DNA of 64,000 nucleotides from Thermoplasmata archaeon. GTDB lineage: Archaea; Thermoplasmatota; Thermoplasmata; Lutacidiplasmatales; UBA184. Location of the stretch: the NCBI GenBank assembly GCA_022749995.1, contig JAKIWO010000001.1, positions 154,330-218,329 of the forward strand. Direction: 5' to 3'. The first letter of the stretch is position 1; each line of letters begins with the position of its first letter. A model generated the notes under the pieces. It was given only the letters and a program-made list of their open reading frames with translations, had not been told where the DNA came from and searched no databases. The position numbers were made by a program, and so were the translations under genes. Shown here in pieces: positions 35,577 to 44,743 of this stretch.

Positions 35577-36608
35577 CTAGCGGGGGACCTCGATCCGGTC
35601 CATCCGGTCCTTGAGGACCTCGCGCAGCAACGGCTCGAGCCCGTTGCGGCCGGTGACGAACCGCTGGGCCACGATATCCGGATGGAGCAGGATGCGGTGG
35701 TTCAGTACGTCGAACGCCGCGCTCTTGATGTCGTCGGGGGTGACGTATCCTCGGCCCGCGAGCAGCGCCGAGGCCTTGGCCGCCCGGACGAATTGAACGC
35801 CGGCCCGGGGCGAGCCGCCCATCAGGATCCGGGGGTCCTCGCGCGTGCTCCGTAGCAGGGTGACCACGTAGGAGAGCAGCTCGGGGGAGAGCGTGGTGCG
35901 CAGCGCCCGAGCGTGCAGCCGCAGCAGCGCCTCGGCCGAGACCGACGGGGTCGGCCCCTCGGGGGGTGGCTCGCCGCCGTGCCGCTCCAGCACCGCGATC
36001 TCGTCCTCCCGTCCCGGGTAGCCGAGCAGCAGCCGGAAGAGGAACCGGTCGATCTGCGCCTCGGGCAGTGGGTACGTGCCTTCCTGCTCGATCGGATTCT
36101 GGGTGGCGATCACGAGGAACGGACGGGGCAGCGGGTGGGTCACCCCGTCGACGGTCACCTGCCGCTCCTGCATTGCCTCGAGGAGCGCCGACTGCACCTT
36201 CGGCGGGGCGCGGTTGATCTCGTCGGCCAGCACGACGTTGGCGAAGACCGGTCCCGGCCGGTACTCGAAGGAGGAGTTCGCCGGGTTCAGGATGACGTTG
36301 CCCGCGATGTCGGAGGGGAGCATGTCGGGCGCGAACTGGATCCGCTTGAAGGAGAGCGAGAGCGCCGAGGCAAATCGGTGCGCGAGCATCGTCTTTGCGA
36401 TCCCGGGAACCCCCTCGAGCAGGACGTGCCCCTCGGCCAGCAGTGCGACGAGTAGCTGGCGGACGGTCGCCTGGTACCCGATCACCTCGAGACCGACGTA
36501 CTGCTGGAGGGCGGCGAGCAGCCGGGCGGCCTCGGGGTCGCCGGCCGGTCCGCTCCGGTCAGGGGCGGTGGTCGGGACGGCGGCGCTGGAGTCGGTTCCC
36601 GGTGTCAT
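35577..36608 (-). CDS. MoxR-family AAA+ ATPase (module 2)
   Basis: VLLEGVPGIAKTMLAHR Walker A, VVLADEINRAPPKVQSALLEAMQE. Confidence 0.85.
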   Translation of the reverse strand: MTPGTDSSAAVPTTAPDRSGPAGDPEAARLLAALQQYVGLEVIGYQATVRQLLVALLAEGHVLLEGVPGIAKTMLAHRFASALSLSFKRIQFAPDMLPSDIAGNVILNPANSSFEYRPGPVFANVVLADEINRAPPKVQSALLEAMQERQVTVDGVTHPLPRPFLVIATQNPIEQEGTYPLPEAQIDRFLFRLLLGYPGREDEIAVLERHGGEPPPEGPTPSVSAEALLRLHARALRTTLSPELLSYVVTLLRSTREDPRILMGGSPRAGVQFVRAAKASALLAGRGYVTPDDIKSAAFDVLNHRILLHPDIVAQRFVTGRNGLEPLLREVLKDRMDRIEVPR

Positions 36609-37120
36609 GGTGCTCTCCCTAGAAGTGTGAGCCGGCGGTCGACCTGCCCCAAGAGGGCATCGAGCCGGCGGAAGAACCAGCGGCGGGAGCTCTCGAGGCT
36701 GCGCCAGAAGTCCCAGCGCAGCCGGCTGCCGGTCTCGAGGCGCAGGGCATGGAGCTGCAGCTGGGTGAGGTCGGAGGCGAGGCGGCGCAGCTCGCGCCGC
36801 TCCGGTCGGGGTAGTCCGGCCCCTGTGGGTGTGGGGCGGTCGACCTCCTCGAGAGCGATGCCCCGGTGGCGCCGCAGGGAGGCATCGAGCCGGTCGTACG
36901 CTTCGAGCAGGATCTGCGAGTACGCCTCCTCGTGGAGCGCGACGACGGTCCGGCTCACCGGGTCCCGGTCCGGCACCGGTACGGGAGGGTCGAACCCCGT
37001 GGTCCTCGGACGGCCACGGGGGGCGAAGAGGAGCCAGAGCGCCCCGGCACTGGCCAGGCAGAGGATCGGCAGGCCCACCCGCGGATCGAAGAGCAGGCGG
37101 AGGAAGAGCGCTGGGTCCAC
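36605..37120 (-). CDS. Small N-anchored helical protein, module 2 (paralog of 21814..22221)
   Basis: One N-terminal TM and the DRLDASLRRHRG motif. Its stop overlaps the MoxR start (ATGA). Confidence 0.5.
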   Translation of the reverse strand: MDPALFLRLLFDPRVGLPILCLASAGALWLLFAPRGRPRTTGFDPPVPVPDRDPVSRTVVALHEEAYSQILLEAYDRLDASLRRHRGIALEEVDRPTPTGAGLPRPERRELRRLASDLTQLQLHALRLETGSRLRWDFWRSLESSRRWFFRRLDALLGQVDRRLTLLGRAP

Positions 37121-37127
37121 CGCCGGC

Positions 37128-37595
37128 TCACCCCACCGTTTCGGTCTCGGTCGGCGGCTCCGCGAGCGGGGAGCTGGGTTCCGTCTCCGTGCCGGGCCGG
37201 GCCGGCTCGACGTAGAGTCGCCACATCGGCGCGGCGGCGTACAGGCTCACGAGCAGCTCGAGGACGGCGCGCCCCTCGGGGGGTGGTGCCCGGTCGCCGA
37301 ACCGGAACGGCTCGTACAGCCGCCACAGCTCCTCGAAGAAGTCGAGCAGTGGCTCCATCTCGGGCTGGAAACCGTATCGGATGATCTCCTCGTGCGTCCA
37401 GCCGACCGCGAACGGCCGGTGGTAGGCGCGCTGCAGGTCCGTGATCACCTGCGGGTAGGCGAGCCGGAGCGCCTCGCCGACCTGGCCCTTGGCGAGCCTC
37501 CGCTTGGTCTCGGTGAGCACCGGCACCTCGACCGGCCGGAACTTCTCGATCACTCGGGGGCCGGTCGGCGGCACTAAAGGGGCGCGCGGCGTCAC
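37128..37595 (-). CDS. Short DUF4129-like protein (module 2)
   Basis: In-frame GTG at 37595 overlaps the upstream stop (GTGA). FFEELWRLYEPFRFGDRAPP resembles the DUF4129 C-terminal motif. Confidence 0.4.
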   Translation of the reverse strand: MTPRAPLVPPTGPRVIEKFRPVEVPVLTETKRRLAKGQVGEALRLAYPQVITDLQRAYHRPFAVGWTHEEIIRYGFQPEMEPLLDFFEELWRLYEPFRFGDRAPPPEGRAVLELLVSLYAAAPMWRLYVEPARPGTETEPSSPLAEPPTETETVG

Positions 37596-40075
37596 GGCCG
37601 CGCTCCGGGTCGCGGGCCGGGCTCGGGGCGCCGCCGCGCGGGGGCCAGCAGGAGGTAGACCAGCGCCAGCGCGAGGATGGCGACCGGGGTGAGGACAAGC
37701 AGCAGCCGCCCCGCGAGCGGTCCGCCCGGCAGGAACGCGAACGGGCTGGGACCCAGCCCGTGCGCGGCCGCCGGGGCGCAGCCGACGCCGAAACAGGCGT
37801 TGGACGGCGTGAGCAGGACGAGGTACTTCGGGAGCACGGTGTAGTAACTGAGCGCGACGTAGGAGCGGTTCGCCAGGAATCCAGGGGCGGTCGCGAAGAC
37901 CAGCGTGAGCGCGGGTGGCAGCACGTCGGTGAAGTTCGCCCACCCGTTCGCGTCGGTGGTGAGGGTTCGGTTCCCCCCGACGCTCACCGAGCCACCGGCG
38001 ATCGGCGCCCCGGTCAGCGAGTTCTCGAGCTGGACGCTCAGATTGGCCCCGTACCGCGCCGAGAGCGTGAGGACGAGGACCGTGGGAGAGGCCCACGGGT
38101 GGTACTCGGGGGCCGAAGTTCCGCCCGGCAGATAGCCGGCCGCGAGCGCCGTGATCGAGTAGTTCCCTCCGGCCAGCACGGCGTCAACGTAGCTCCCGTC
38201 GGTCCCGGTGGTGTACCGGGTGGTGAACGGGTTGGCCGGGTCGAGCCCCACCATGACGCCAGTGGCGCCGGCGATGCCCCGTCCCGTGGCGGTGTCGATG
38301 ACGTCAATGGTCATCGGCCCCGGATCCTCGAGGCTGAGGTTCGCGTAGGCGTAGCCTGTGTACGGTACGCTGACGTTCGCGGTCGCGGAGGAGTGGTTGG
38401 CCAGCGAGCCTGTCAGGTGGATATTGCCCGTCGGGACGGTCAGGTTGCTCACGTTGAGGTAGCCGAGCGAGTTCGAGCGGCCGAGGACCAAGGTGGAGTT
38501 CTCGCTCACGGTGACGTTGTAGAGCGACGACGGCACTCCGCCCGGGCCGAGGCCGTAGGTGCGCACCCGGAGCGCGGGCAGCGGGTCGAGTGCGAGGGAC
38601 ACGCGGTTCGTGATGTTCGGGGCGATGACCACCGAGGACTTGCCCGGATGGAACCCGGGAGGCGAGCTCGTCAGGTTCAGCTGGTCGGGCGACGGTACGC
38701 TCACGTTGGCGTACCCGGCGGCATTGGTGACCACGGTCCGCACGATGCACTGCCCTGAGAGCTTGACGCTCGCGTTGGCAATTCCCGCGCCCGTGAGCCG
38801 GTCGATGAGGTGGAGATCTAGGGCGGTGCCGTTGATGGCGCAGGGAGGTGGCGGCGGGCCACCGAGCCCAGTGTAGAGGTCAGGGAAGCAGTTGGTGTTC
38901 GGTGCTGTGATCGGCTCGAGGACCGAGGCGTTCGTCGGGGGCGCGAGCAACGAGGGGCTGCCGCCGACGACGTTGAGCCCGGTGCAGCCCGGATACTGGG
39001 CCCACGTGGAGGGAGCGTCGAAGCGCGGTCCGGGGTTGTTGGAGAGGTCGAGCGCCGTCCAGCGCCCGGCAACTGGGTCGAACGCGAAGGTGTCGCCATA
39101 GGCCTCGGGTACGCCTCCGGACCAGGCGAACCCTCCGAACACCAGATCGAGGGCGTCCTCCCCGTCCCAGGCGTAGGTCGCGCTGGCGCGGGGGCTAGGG
39201 ACCTGTCCAGCCTGCGGAAGCACCGACCAGCTCCCGGGCTGACCGGAAAAACTCCAGAGGGCGCTCGAGCACCGGATGGCGCAACCGCCGAATAGGTCGA
39301 AGCGGGACTCCTTGGTGTCGTAGATCATGCCACTTCCCATCATGGGCGGTGGGGCGGCGGGAAGGGCGAGCTGGGTCCAGACGAACGTGGTGAGATTGAG
39401 CTGCCAGGTGTCGTTCCAGAAGACCGTCGCCGAGGAGTTGCCGACGGCGGTGTGGGGGCTCCATCCCCCCTGGAGCAGGGCGACTCCACCGGAGTCGTTG
39501 ACGGCAAAGGCGGCGCTCTCCCGGGCGGGCGGCGCGTGCGCGCGGCTGACGTTCTCCCACGTCTGGTTCCCGAACCAGTACAGCCAGGTCTCGTTGCTGG
39601 TGCGCTGGCTCGAGAGGTTCGTGAGCCCGCCGAAGAGCACCGCGAATCCACCGGCAGGCACGGTAGCGAAACTGAAGTTGGCGCGAGCGGAAGGGCTCGG
39701 ATTGTAGAATTCCCACGTGAACTCTCCCGTCGTGGAGTTGTAGTTGGAGGTGGCGTTGGTCAGTCCGCCGCTGCCCTCCCCTCCGAACAGGGTGATGTTC
39801 CAGCCAGGGTCGTACGCGACCATCCCGGCGCCTTCTCCGAACACGTGCGATGTGTCGTCGCCGGGACCGTAGAGGATGAATGCCTCTCCCCAGCCCAACA
39901 GCGGCAAACTGGCCGGGGGCGCGAGTCGCACCTGCGCTGCGGCCGTCGTTCCCGCGATCGGGGCGCCCACGCTCGCCCTGGGAACGGGAGCACTGGGGGC
40001 GCTCGGGAGGAGGAATCCCACCACCACGAGGAGTGCAAGGAGACCCGGAACGGCTCGGGCCGGCCGGGGCGACAT
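37592..40075 (-). CDS. Large secreted Kelch-repeat plus Ig/CarboxypepD_reg-like surface protein with C-terminal TM anchor
   Basis: Signal MSPRPARAVPGLLALLVVVGFLL (ATG 40075; alternative GTG 40147). Repeated FGG...W Kelch-like units, sequon-rich beta-sandwich repeats, C-terminal LLLVLTPVAILALALVYLLL. Confidence 0.6.
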   Translation of the reverse strand: MSPRPARAVPGLLALLVVVGFLLPSAPSAPVPRASVGAPIAGTTAAAQVRLAPPASLPLLGWGEAFILYGPGDDTSHVFGEGAGMVAYDPGWNITLFGGEGSGGLTNATSNYNSTTGEFTWEFYNPSPSARANFSFATVPAGGFAVLFGGLTNLSSQRTSNETWLYWFGNQTWENVSRAHAPPARESAAFAVNDSGGVALLQGGWSPHTAVGNSSATVFWNDTWQLNLTTFVWTQLALPAAPPPMMGSGMIYDTKESRFDLFGGCAIRCSSALWSFSGQPGSWSVLPQAGQVPSPRASATYAWDGEDALDLVFGGFAWSGGVPEAYGDTFAFDPVAGRWTALDLSNNPGPRFDAPSTWAQYPGCTGLNVVGGSPSLLAPPTNASVLEPITAPNTNCFPDLYTGLGGPPPPPCAINGTALDLHLIDRLTGAGIANASVKLSGQCIVRTVVTNAAGYANVSVPSPDQLNLTSSPPGFHPGKSSVVIAPNITNRVSLALDPLPALRVRTYGLGPGGVPSSLYNVTVSENSTLVLGRSNSLGYLNVSNLTVPTGNIHLTGSLANHSSATANVSVPYTGYAYANLSLEDPGPMTIDVIDTATGRGIAGATGVMVGLDPANPFTTRYTTGTDGSYVDAVLAGGNYSITALAAGYLPGGTSAPEYHPWASPTVLVLTLSARYGANLSVQLENSLTGAPIAGGSVSVGGNRTLTTDANGWANFTDVLPPALTLVFATAPGFLANRSYVALSYYTVLPKYLVLLTPSNACFGVGCAPAAAHGLGPSPFAFLPGGPLAGRLLLVLTPVAILALALVYLLLAPARRRPEPGPRPGARP

Positions 40076-40915
40076 GGGCGACGGCGAAAGCCGTGCCCGA
40101 GATAACGGCGCCGACAAGCGCGGCGGCGTGAGGAGGAACTCGCCCACCGACCTTGTTCCGCGTGGAACCGTGCTGGTGTTCTTGGGGGACTCCCCTCAGC
40201 CTAACATGTCGCGATGGTATGTATGTCAAAGCGCTAGTTGTAGTGTGTCAGGACATGTGGCCGGTCGACGTGTCAAGAGATTTTCCCCTCGGAAGGAGGA
40301 GAGGCGCTTCACCGGAATGTACTATCGTTCGCACTGCTATGGCCCAGCGAGGGACCGGAGAGGTGAGTGACTACTCCTTCGAACAAGGAAGTCCTGGCCG
40401 ACCTCCGCGATGCTGCAGAGATTCTTCGGACACTCGCGTCGAAACCCGATCGACGCTCCAGGCTTCGGGAGGGGGAATATCGACACTCCAAATTCGGCTC
40501 ACCCTAATCGAGCTGCGACGGGACCCCCCTGCGCTGATGCATCCCGCTAAGACCTGCGGGTTTTCCAAGACGATCACTTTGGCCAGCGGGTTCGGTTATC
40601 TCGATCGGGCCACGCGGTGCCCGAGCACGTCCTCGGGAAGCGGCGGAAGGTCCGGGTCCTCGAGTACGACAGGGCAACCGCGTTCAACGCGCTCTAGGGC
40701 CGCAAGCAGCGCTGCTGGGTCCACCTCCTCCGACACGCGCGTGGGGGCTCGAGCGGTGGGAGAGGCCGAGCGATGCTACGGACTGGCGGGGACTGAGGGT
40801 GCTCGAGAAGATCGCACGGGGAGTGCTGGCCACCGCTCGCCTCCTGGCGGGGACGGTCTCAGCACTCACTGTTTGCGGGGAGACTCGCACACTAAGAAAA
40901 TTGGGGGGTCCGCTG

Positions 40916-41125
40916 CTACGTCGTGTCCTCGCTATCTTGCTCTAGCCCTCGCTCAATGTAGACGAAAACCTGCATAGAAAGCGAACGGCGTTGGCGCTCG
41001 GCACGCGCCCTAAGTTCGCGATACTTAGATTTCGGCACGTAGGTACTGACCGGGACTAGCGTCTCGGGACGGAGGCTGCTTCGTCTCGCCATTGAATCGG
41101 GCCGATCTCGGCGTCCATTGCCCAT
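40916..41125 (-). CDS. Ribbon-helix-helix (CopG-like) protein, orphan
   Basis: VSTYVPKSKYRELRARAERQRRSLSMQVFVYIERGL fits a beta-strand plus two helices RHH pattern. No partner toxin ORF was recognised. Confidence 0.45.
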   Translation of the reverse strand: MGNGRRDRPDSMARRSSLRPETLVPVSTYVPKSKYRELRARAERQRRSLSMQVFVYIERGLEQDSEDTT

Positions 41126-41160
41126 GGCACCCGGTGCCTCAGGCGGCGCCTACTCCACCG

Positions 41161-41889
41161 TCATAGTGGTCGGCAAACGGTGATATAAGCATTCCACCGG
41201 ACGCGGTTGTGAGAATACATCCCCCGCTGGGAAAGAGTCCCCCCATCATCGAGGGTCGCCGAGGGAACGAGGGTGACCTTGTGGGCCTTCGCCCACTCTC
41301 TCACCTCAGGGGTCCAGTGGGCGTTGAGCCCGTCCCGGATGAGGTACACCCGCTCGTCCGGCGGATACTTCGAGCGCTGGTAATTCGCGAACCGAAGCCA
41401 GATCCGCCCGCCCTTGTGCTCCTCCTGCTTCACGCTCAGCGTCTTGTGGAAGACGTTCAAACAGGCGTACTCGTAGCGCGTCCCTCTGTCCTGCTTGTAC
41501 GTCGCGGGGATGCGCCCCGGCAGCCCCTTCGGGAACCACCCCTTGCCCCCGTGCGGCTTCAGCGAGATCGGACCGATCTCGTCCATGCTGAAGACGATCG
41601 GGGGGTTGTGCCGCTGCACCGTGAGGCGGTCGATCCGCCTCCGCCGCTCGTCGAACCTGGGGTCTTGCTATCGGTTCCCAGGAGACCCCCTCGGGCCGTC
41701 CGCGTAGGTCCGGCCCGGGGCGACCGACTTAGGGCTGATGACTCCACCCCCGAGGCTTCGGCATCTCAGGGAGGATCTCCTCGAGGAGCCGAACGACGAT
41801 CTCGAGCTCGTGGCGGCGAACCAGGTCGTACGCGCGATAGTCGGTGCGACGGTCGGCGGGCATCTCGAGGAGAGATTCTGGTCATTTAG
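41161..41889 (-). pseudogene. IS630-family (DDE_3) transposase remnant
   Basis: QDPRFDERRRRIDRL...IVFSMDEIGPISLKPHGGKGW...VYLIRDGLNAHWTPEVREW matches the IS630 core. An in-frame TAG at 41668-41670, upstream frame changes and an aberrant C-terminus disrupt it. Confidence 0.55.
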
Positions 41890-42147
41890 ACCCGACCCCG
41901 CTCGAGTGGAAGCGGCCCACGTCGAGAACGAGTTCAGGGTCCGGATTTATGGGACGCAGCCACCGGACGCGTGATTGCGCGAGAGGGAGCTACCGCGCCG
42001 GGTCTCTCAGCCAGAAGAGCCCCTGCGGGTCGGCGACGAGTTTACTCGCTGGGCCGAGGGGCTGGGTCGGACTACGTCGGGACGTGAGTTAGGAATTGGT
42101 TGGACCCTCCCGCTCTCACGGGAGGGTCGGTGGCGGTTGAGCTCGAC

Positions 42148-42882
42148 TTATGGCGGTATGGTCACGTCAATGGTGTTCGTCGCTTGGTGGCTGTGGGTGT
42201 CGATTGCAGTCTCGCCCACGCTGAAGCTCCCCGTCCCCCCGTAGCTGTATGCAATCGGCATGCCGTTCTCCACATGGTTCCCTGGGTCCCCCATCGCAAA
42301 CTGATAGCTGATGGACCCCACAAATGACGTACCAGTCCACGTCGAGTCGTACAGGCTGACACCATACTGGATCGCGAAGATGTTGCACGCCACGACGAAG
42401 ACCAAGCAGCCGATGATGAAGTTCGCACAGGCACCCGAACCGCACTCGATAGCCAGCGTGCAGGTGTTATCGTTGCATGCGTTTCCGACTACGAGATTGA
42501 TCGTGGTGTACGAGCAGCCCGAACCATTGCATGCCGTGAGAGTGTAGTTTGCCGATGCCGTGATGGTGTCGGAGAGTAGGTGCGTCCCCGAACTCGCTCC
42601 ATCGGTTCCTGCCAAGCTAAAGGATGTCGCACCCGAGGCGGAACCCGAGAGTGAGAATGACCAACCAGGACTGCTACTGCGCGGCCCGAATGCTGTAGCT
42701 GTGATCTTCAGGTTCGTCGGCGACGTCAGTGTCCTTGCATGTCCATTCTGACTGCTTGGCGCTTGGACTAGCGCTGCCCCCGTCCAGGCCACCAGCGCCG
42801 CGGCCAAGAGACTGACTGCGGCCACCATCCAAAGTGTTCGGCGTTTTGAGCTCAGACGCACGGATCGCCTGTTGGCTTCCAT
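42148..42882 (-). CDS. Secreted/anchored Cys-rich orphan protein
   Basis: Signal anchor LWMVAAVSLLAAALVAW and 8 Cys within a 52-residue stretch (TACNGSGC...VVACN). No family recognised. Confidence 0.45.
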   Translation of the reverse strand: MEANRRSVRLSSKRRTLWMVAAVSLLAAALVAWTGAALVQAPSSQNGHARTLTSPTNLKITATAFGPRSSSPGWSFSLSGSASGATSFSLAGTDGASSGTHLLSDTITASANYTLTACNGSGCSYTTINLVVGNACNDNTCTLAIECGSGACANFIIGCLVFVVACNIFAIQYGVSLYDSTWTGTSFVGSISYQFAMGDPGNHVENGMPIAYSYGGTGSFSVGETAIDTHSHQATNTIDVTIPP

Positions 42883-43078
42883 AAGGGGGGTGAGGAACTT
42901 CTAGGCTTAATACTGTGCTACGATATATTACGATGTACGGTAATGTATGTCATGGGCTCCTGTCGAAGAGCGTCAGTCAGAGCGGTCAGGCCCGAGAGCG
43001 AGCGCCTCGGAACTTAGATAAGGTGCGACACCTTAGCACGTACTGGCGTAGCAGGCCTATCACGCAAGAAACAGAACT

Positions 43079-43393
43079 ATGCGTGCAAGCTTCCTCGACC
43101 GACTGAGAGAAAACCGACGTCGGATTGATTTCATGGGCCCGAGCGACCCTTGGGACGGGCGTTCCTTTCATCGACTTCGCCGAGCAGTATCGCGCATTGC
43201 GCCCCCGTGGGATCTGGCCATGATCACCATGATTGCCCTGAGCTTGTACGTAGCAGCCCTAGCCGGCGGCTACTTGGTGACGATTTCTGAGACCTCAATT
43301 GAGGGGATGTTCGGGGGATTCCTATTGGTCGGAGTCGCTGCGGCAATTTCGTCGAGACTGGCCAACGTTCGCCCGATTATTCGGCTCGGGTAG
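43079..43393 (+). CDS. Small two-TM hypothetical protein
   Basis: ORF with two hydrophobic helices. No homology recognised. Confidence 0.25.
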   Translation: MRASFLDRLRENRRRIDFMGPSDPWDGRSFHRLRRAVSRIAPPWDLAMITMIALSLYVAALAGGYLVTISETSIEGMFGGFLLVGVAAAISSRLANVRPIIRLG

Positions 43394-43480
43394 ACTATTC
43401 ATGTGGCCTGGGTTTTCTCGAGTCTGCGGCGCAAACGCCTGATTCAAAACAGAGGAAGCGCGTCCTCGTCTACGTTCTAG

Positions 43481-44743
43481 TGCCTAGACGAGGTTCCGTC
43501 CCAGAGCGGTATCGGGGTCTACCTCGTCTCCAACCAGGGTGCCGTCTGGAGGTGCATCTGTCCGGACTACCTGGCCCACAACCTTCGTTGCAAGCACATT
43601 GTTGCGGTCGGGTTCTTGCTCAAAGGGGTCACGCGGCAACAGGCGGATGAGGAGGAAGCCAGGCGACCTCGTCCAACCTATCCACAAAACTGGCCCACCT
43701 ACAATGCCGCTCAGCGGGCGGAGGCTGTGGATTTCGGCCCCGTCCTCCAAGACCTGGTAGCCGACCTGGAGGACCCCTGCCCGCTAAAGACGAACGGTAG
43801 GCCGCGACTTCCGTACCGCGACCTAGTCTACTGCGCAGTCGAGAGGGAGTTCACGCGCCTTTCTCTTCGGAAGGCCCAAGGGACCTATGCTGGCTCTCAA
43901 CGGGCTGGGCGCATTTCGTGCGTCCCCTCCGACAAGATGCCTTCGATACTGCTTCGGCGCCCGGAGACCACCGAGGTTCTCAACGAGCTGATCTCGAAGT
44001 CAGCGGCGGCGCTCAAGTCCATCGAGACCACTTTTGCGGTAGACTCAGCGGGGTTCCGCACGACTTCCTTTGGTGACTACTGCCGGGAGAAGTACGGGGC
44101 ACGCGTCCACAACATCTGGAAGAAACTCCACATCATCGTTGGGACCCAGACCGGTATCATTCCGGCCGTTGTGGTGACGGACGGCCACGCGGCCGGCTGC
44201 CGCCAGTTTCCCGCTCTGATCAAGGCGGTCGAGGCGGCGGGCTTCACTGTCGCCGAAGTCTATGCGGACAAGGGCTACCTCTCCGGGGAGAACTTCACGG
44301 TCGTTGCCAAGGCCGGTGGTGTGCCCTACATCATGTTTAAGGAGAACAGCCGAGGACGCGCGAAGCACCGGAACGACCACGCCCCCTGATGGAAGAAGAT
44401 GTGGCACTTGCTCCAGTCCAACCCGACTGAATTCTTGGCCCAGTACTACAAGCGAGAGCACGTCGAGTCGACCTTCGCCGCGATCAAAAAAAAGCTCGGC
44501 GAGACGCTTAGCTCGCGAGACCCCAACGCACAGGTCAACGAACTCCTATGCAAGGTGCTCGTCCACAACATCCAGATCCTGATCCAGGCGTCATTCGAGC
44601 GGGGGATTCCGCTTCCGGCACACGGATCGCCGGACGATGAGCCGGTGGCCCCCCAGGGTCTCCCGCCAGTCCAAGCGACGCGAGTCAGCCAGATGAACCG
44701 AGACGCCACGCACTCTGCGAACTGGCCGTCGGAGAACAACTGA
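43481..44743 (+). pseudogene. SWIM zinc-finger + DDE (IS4/IS5-like) transposase interrupted by an in-frame TGA and lacking a canonical start
   Basis: The frame is open from 43481 and encodes WRCICPDYLAHNLRCKH (SWIM CxCxnCxH). TGA at 44387-44389 separates ...RNDHAP from WKKMWHLL...YYKREHVESTFAAIKKKLG in the same frame. Confidence 0.6.

Noticed and set aside
40153-40977. 274-aa plus-strand ORF at the island edge
   Set aside because: It is Ser/Arg/Gly/Cys-rich with no secondary-structure-like periodicity, signal or motif. It overlaps the RHH gene on the opposite strand. I treat it as non-coding or decayed.
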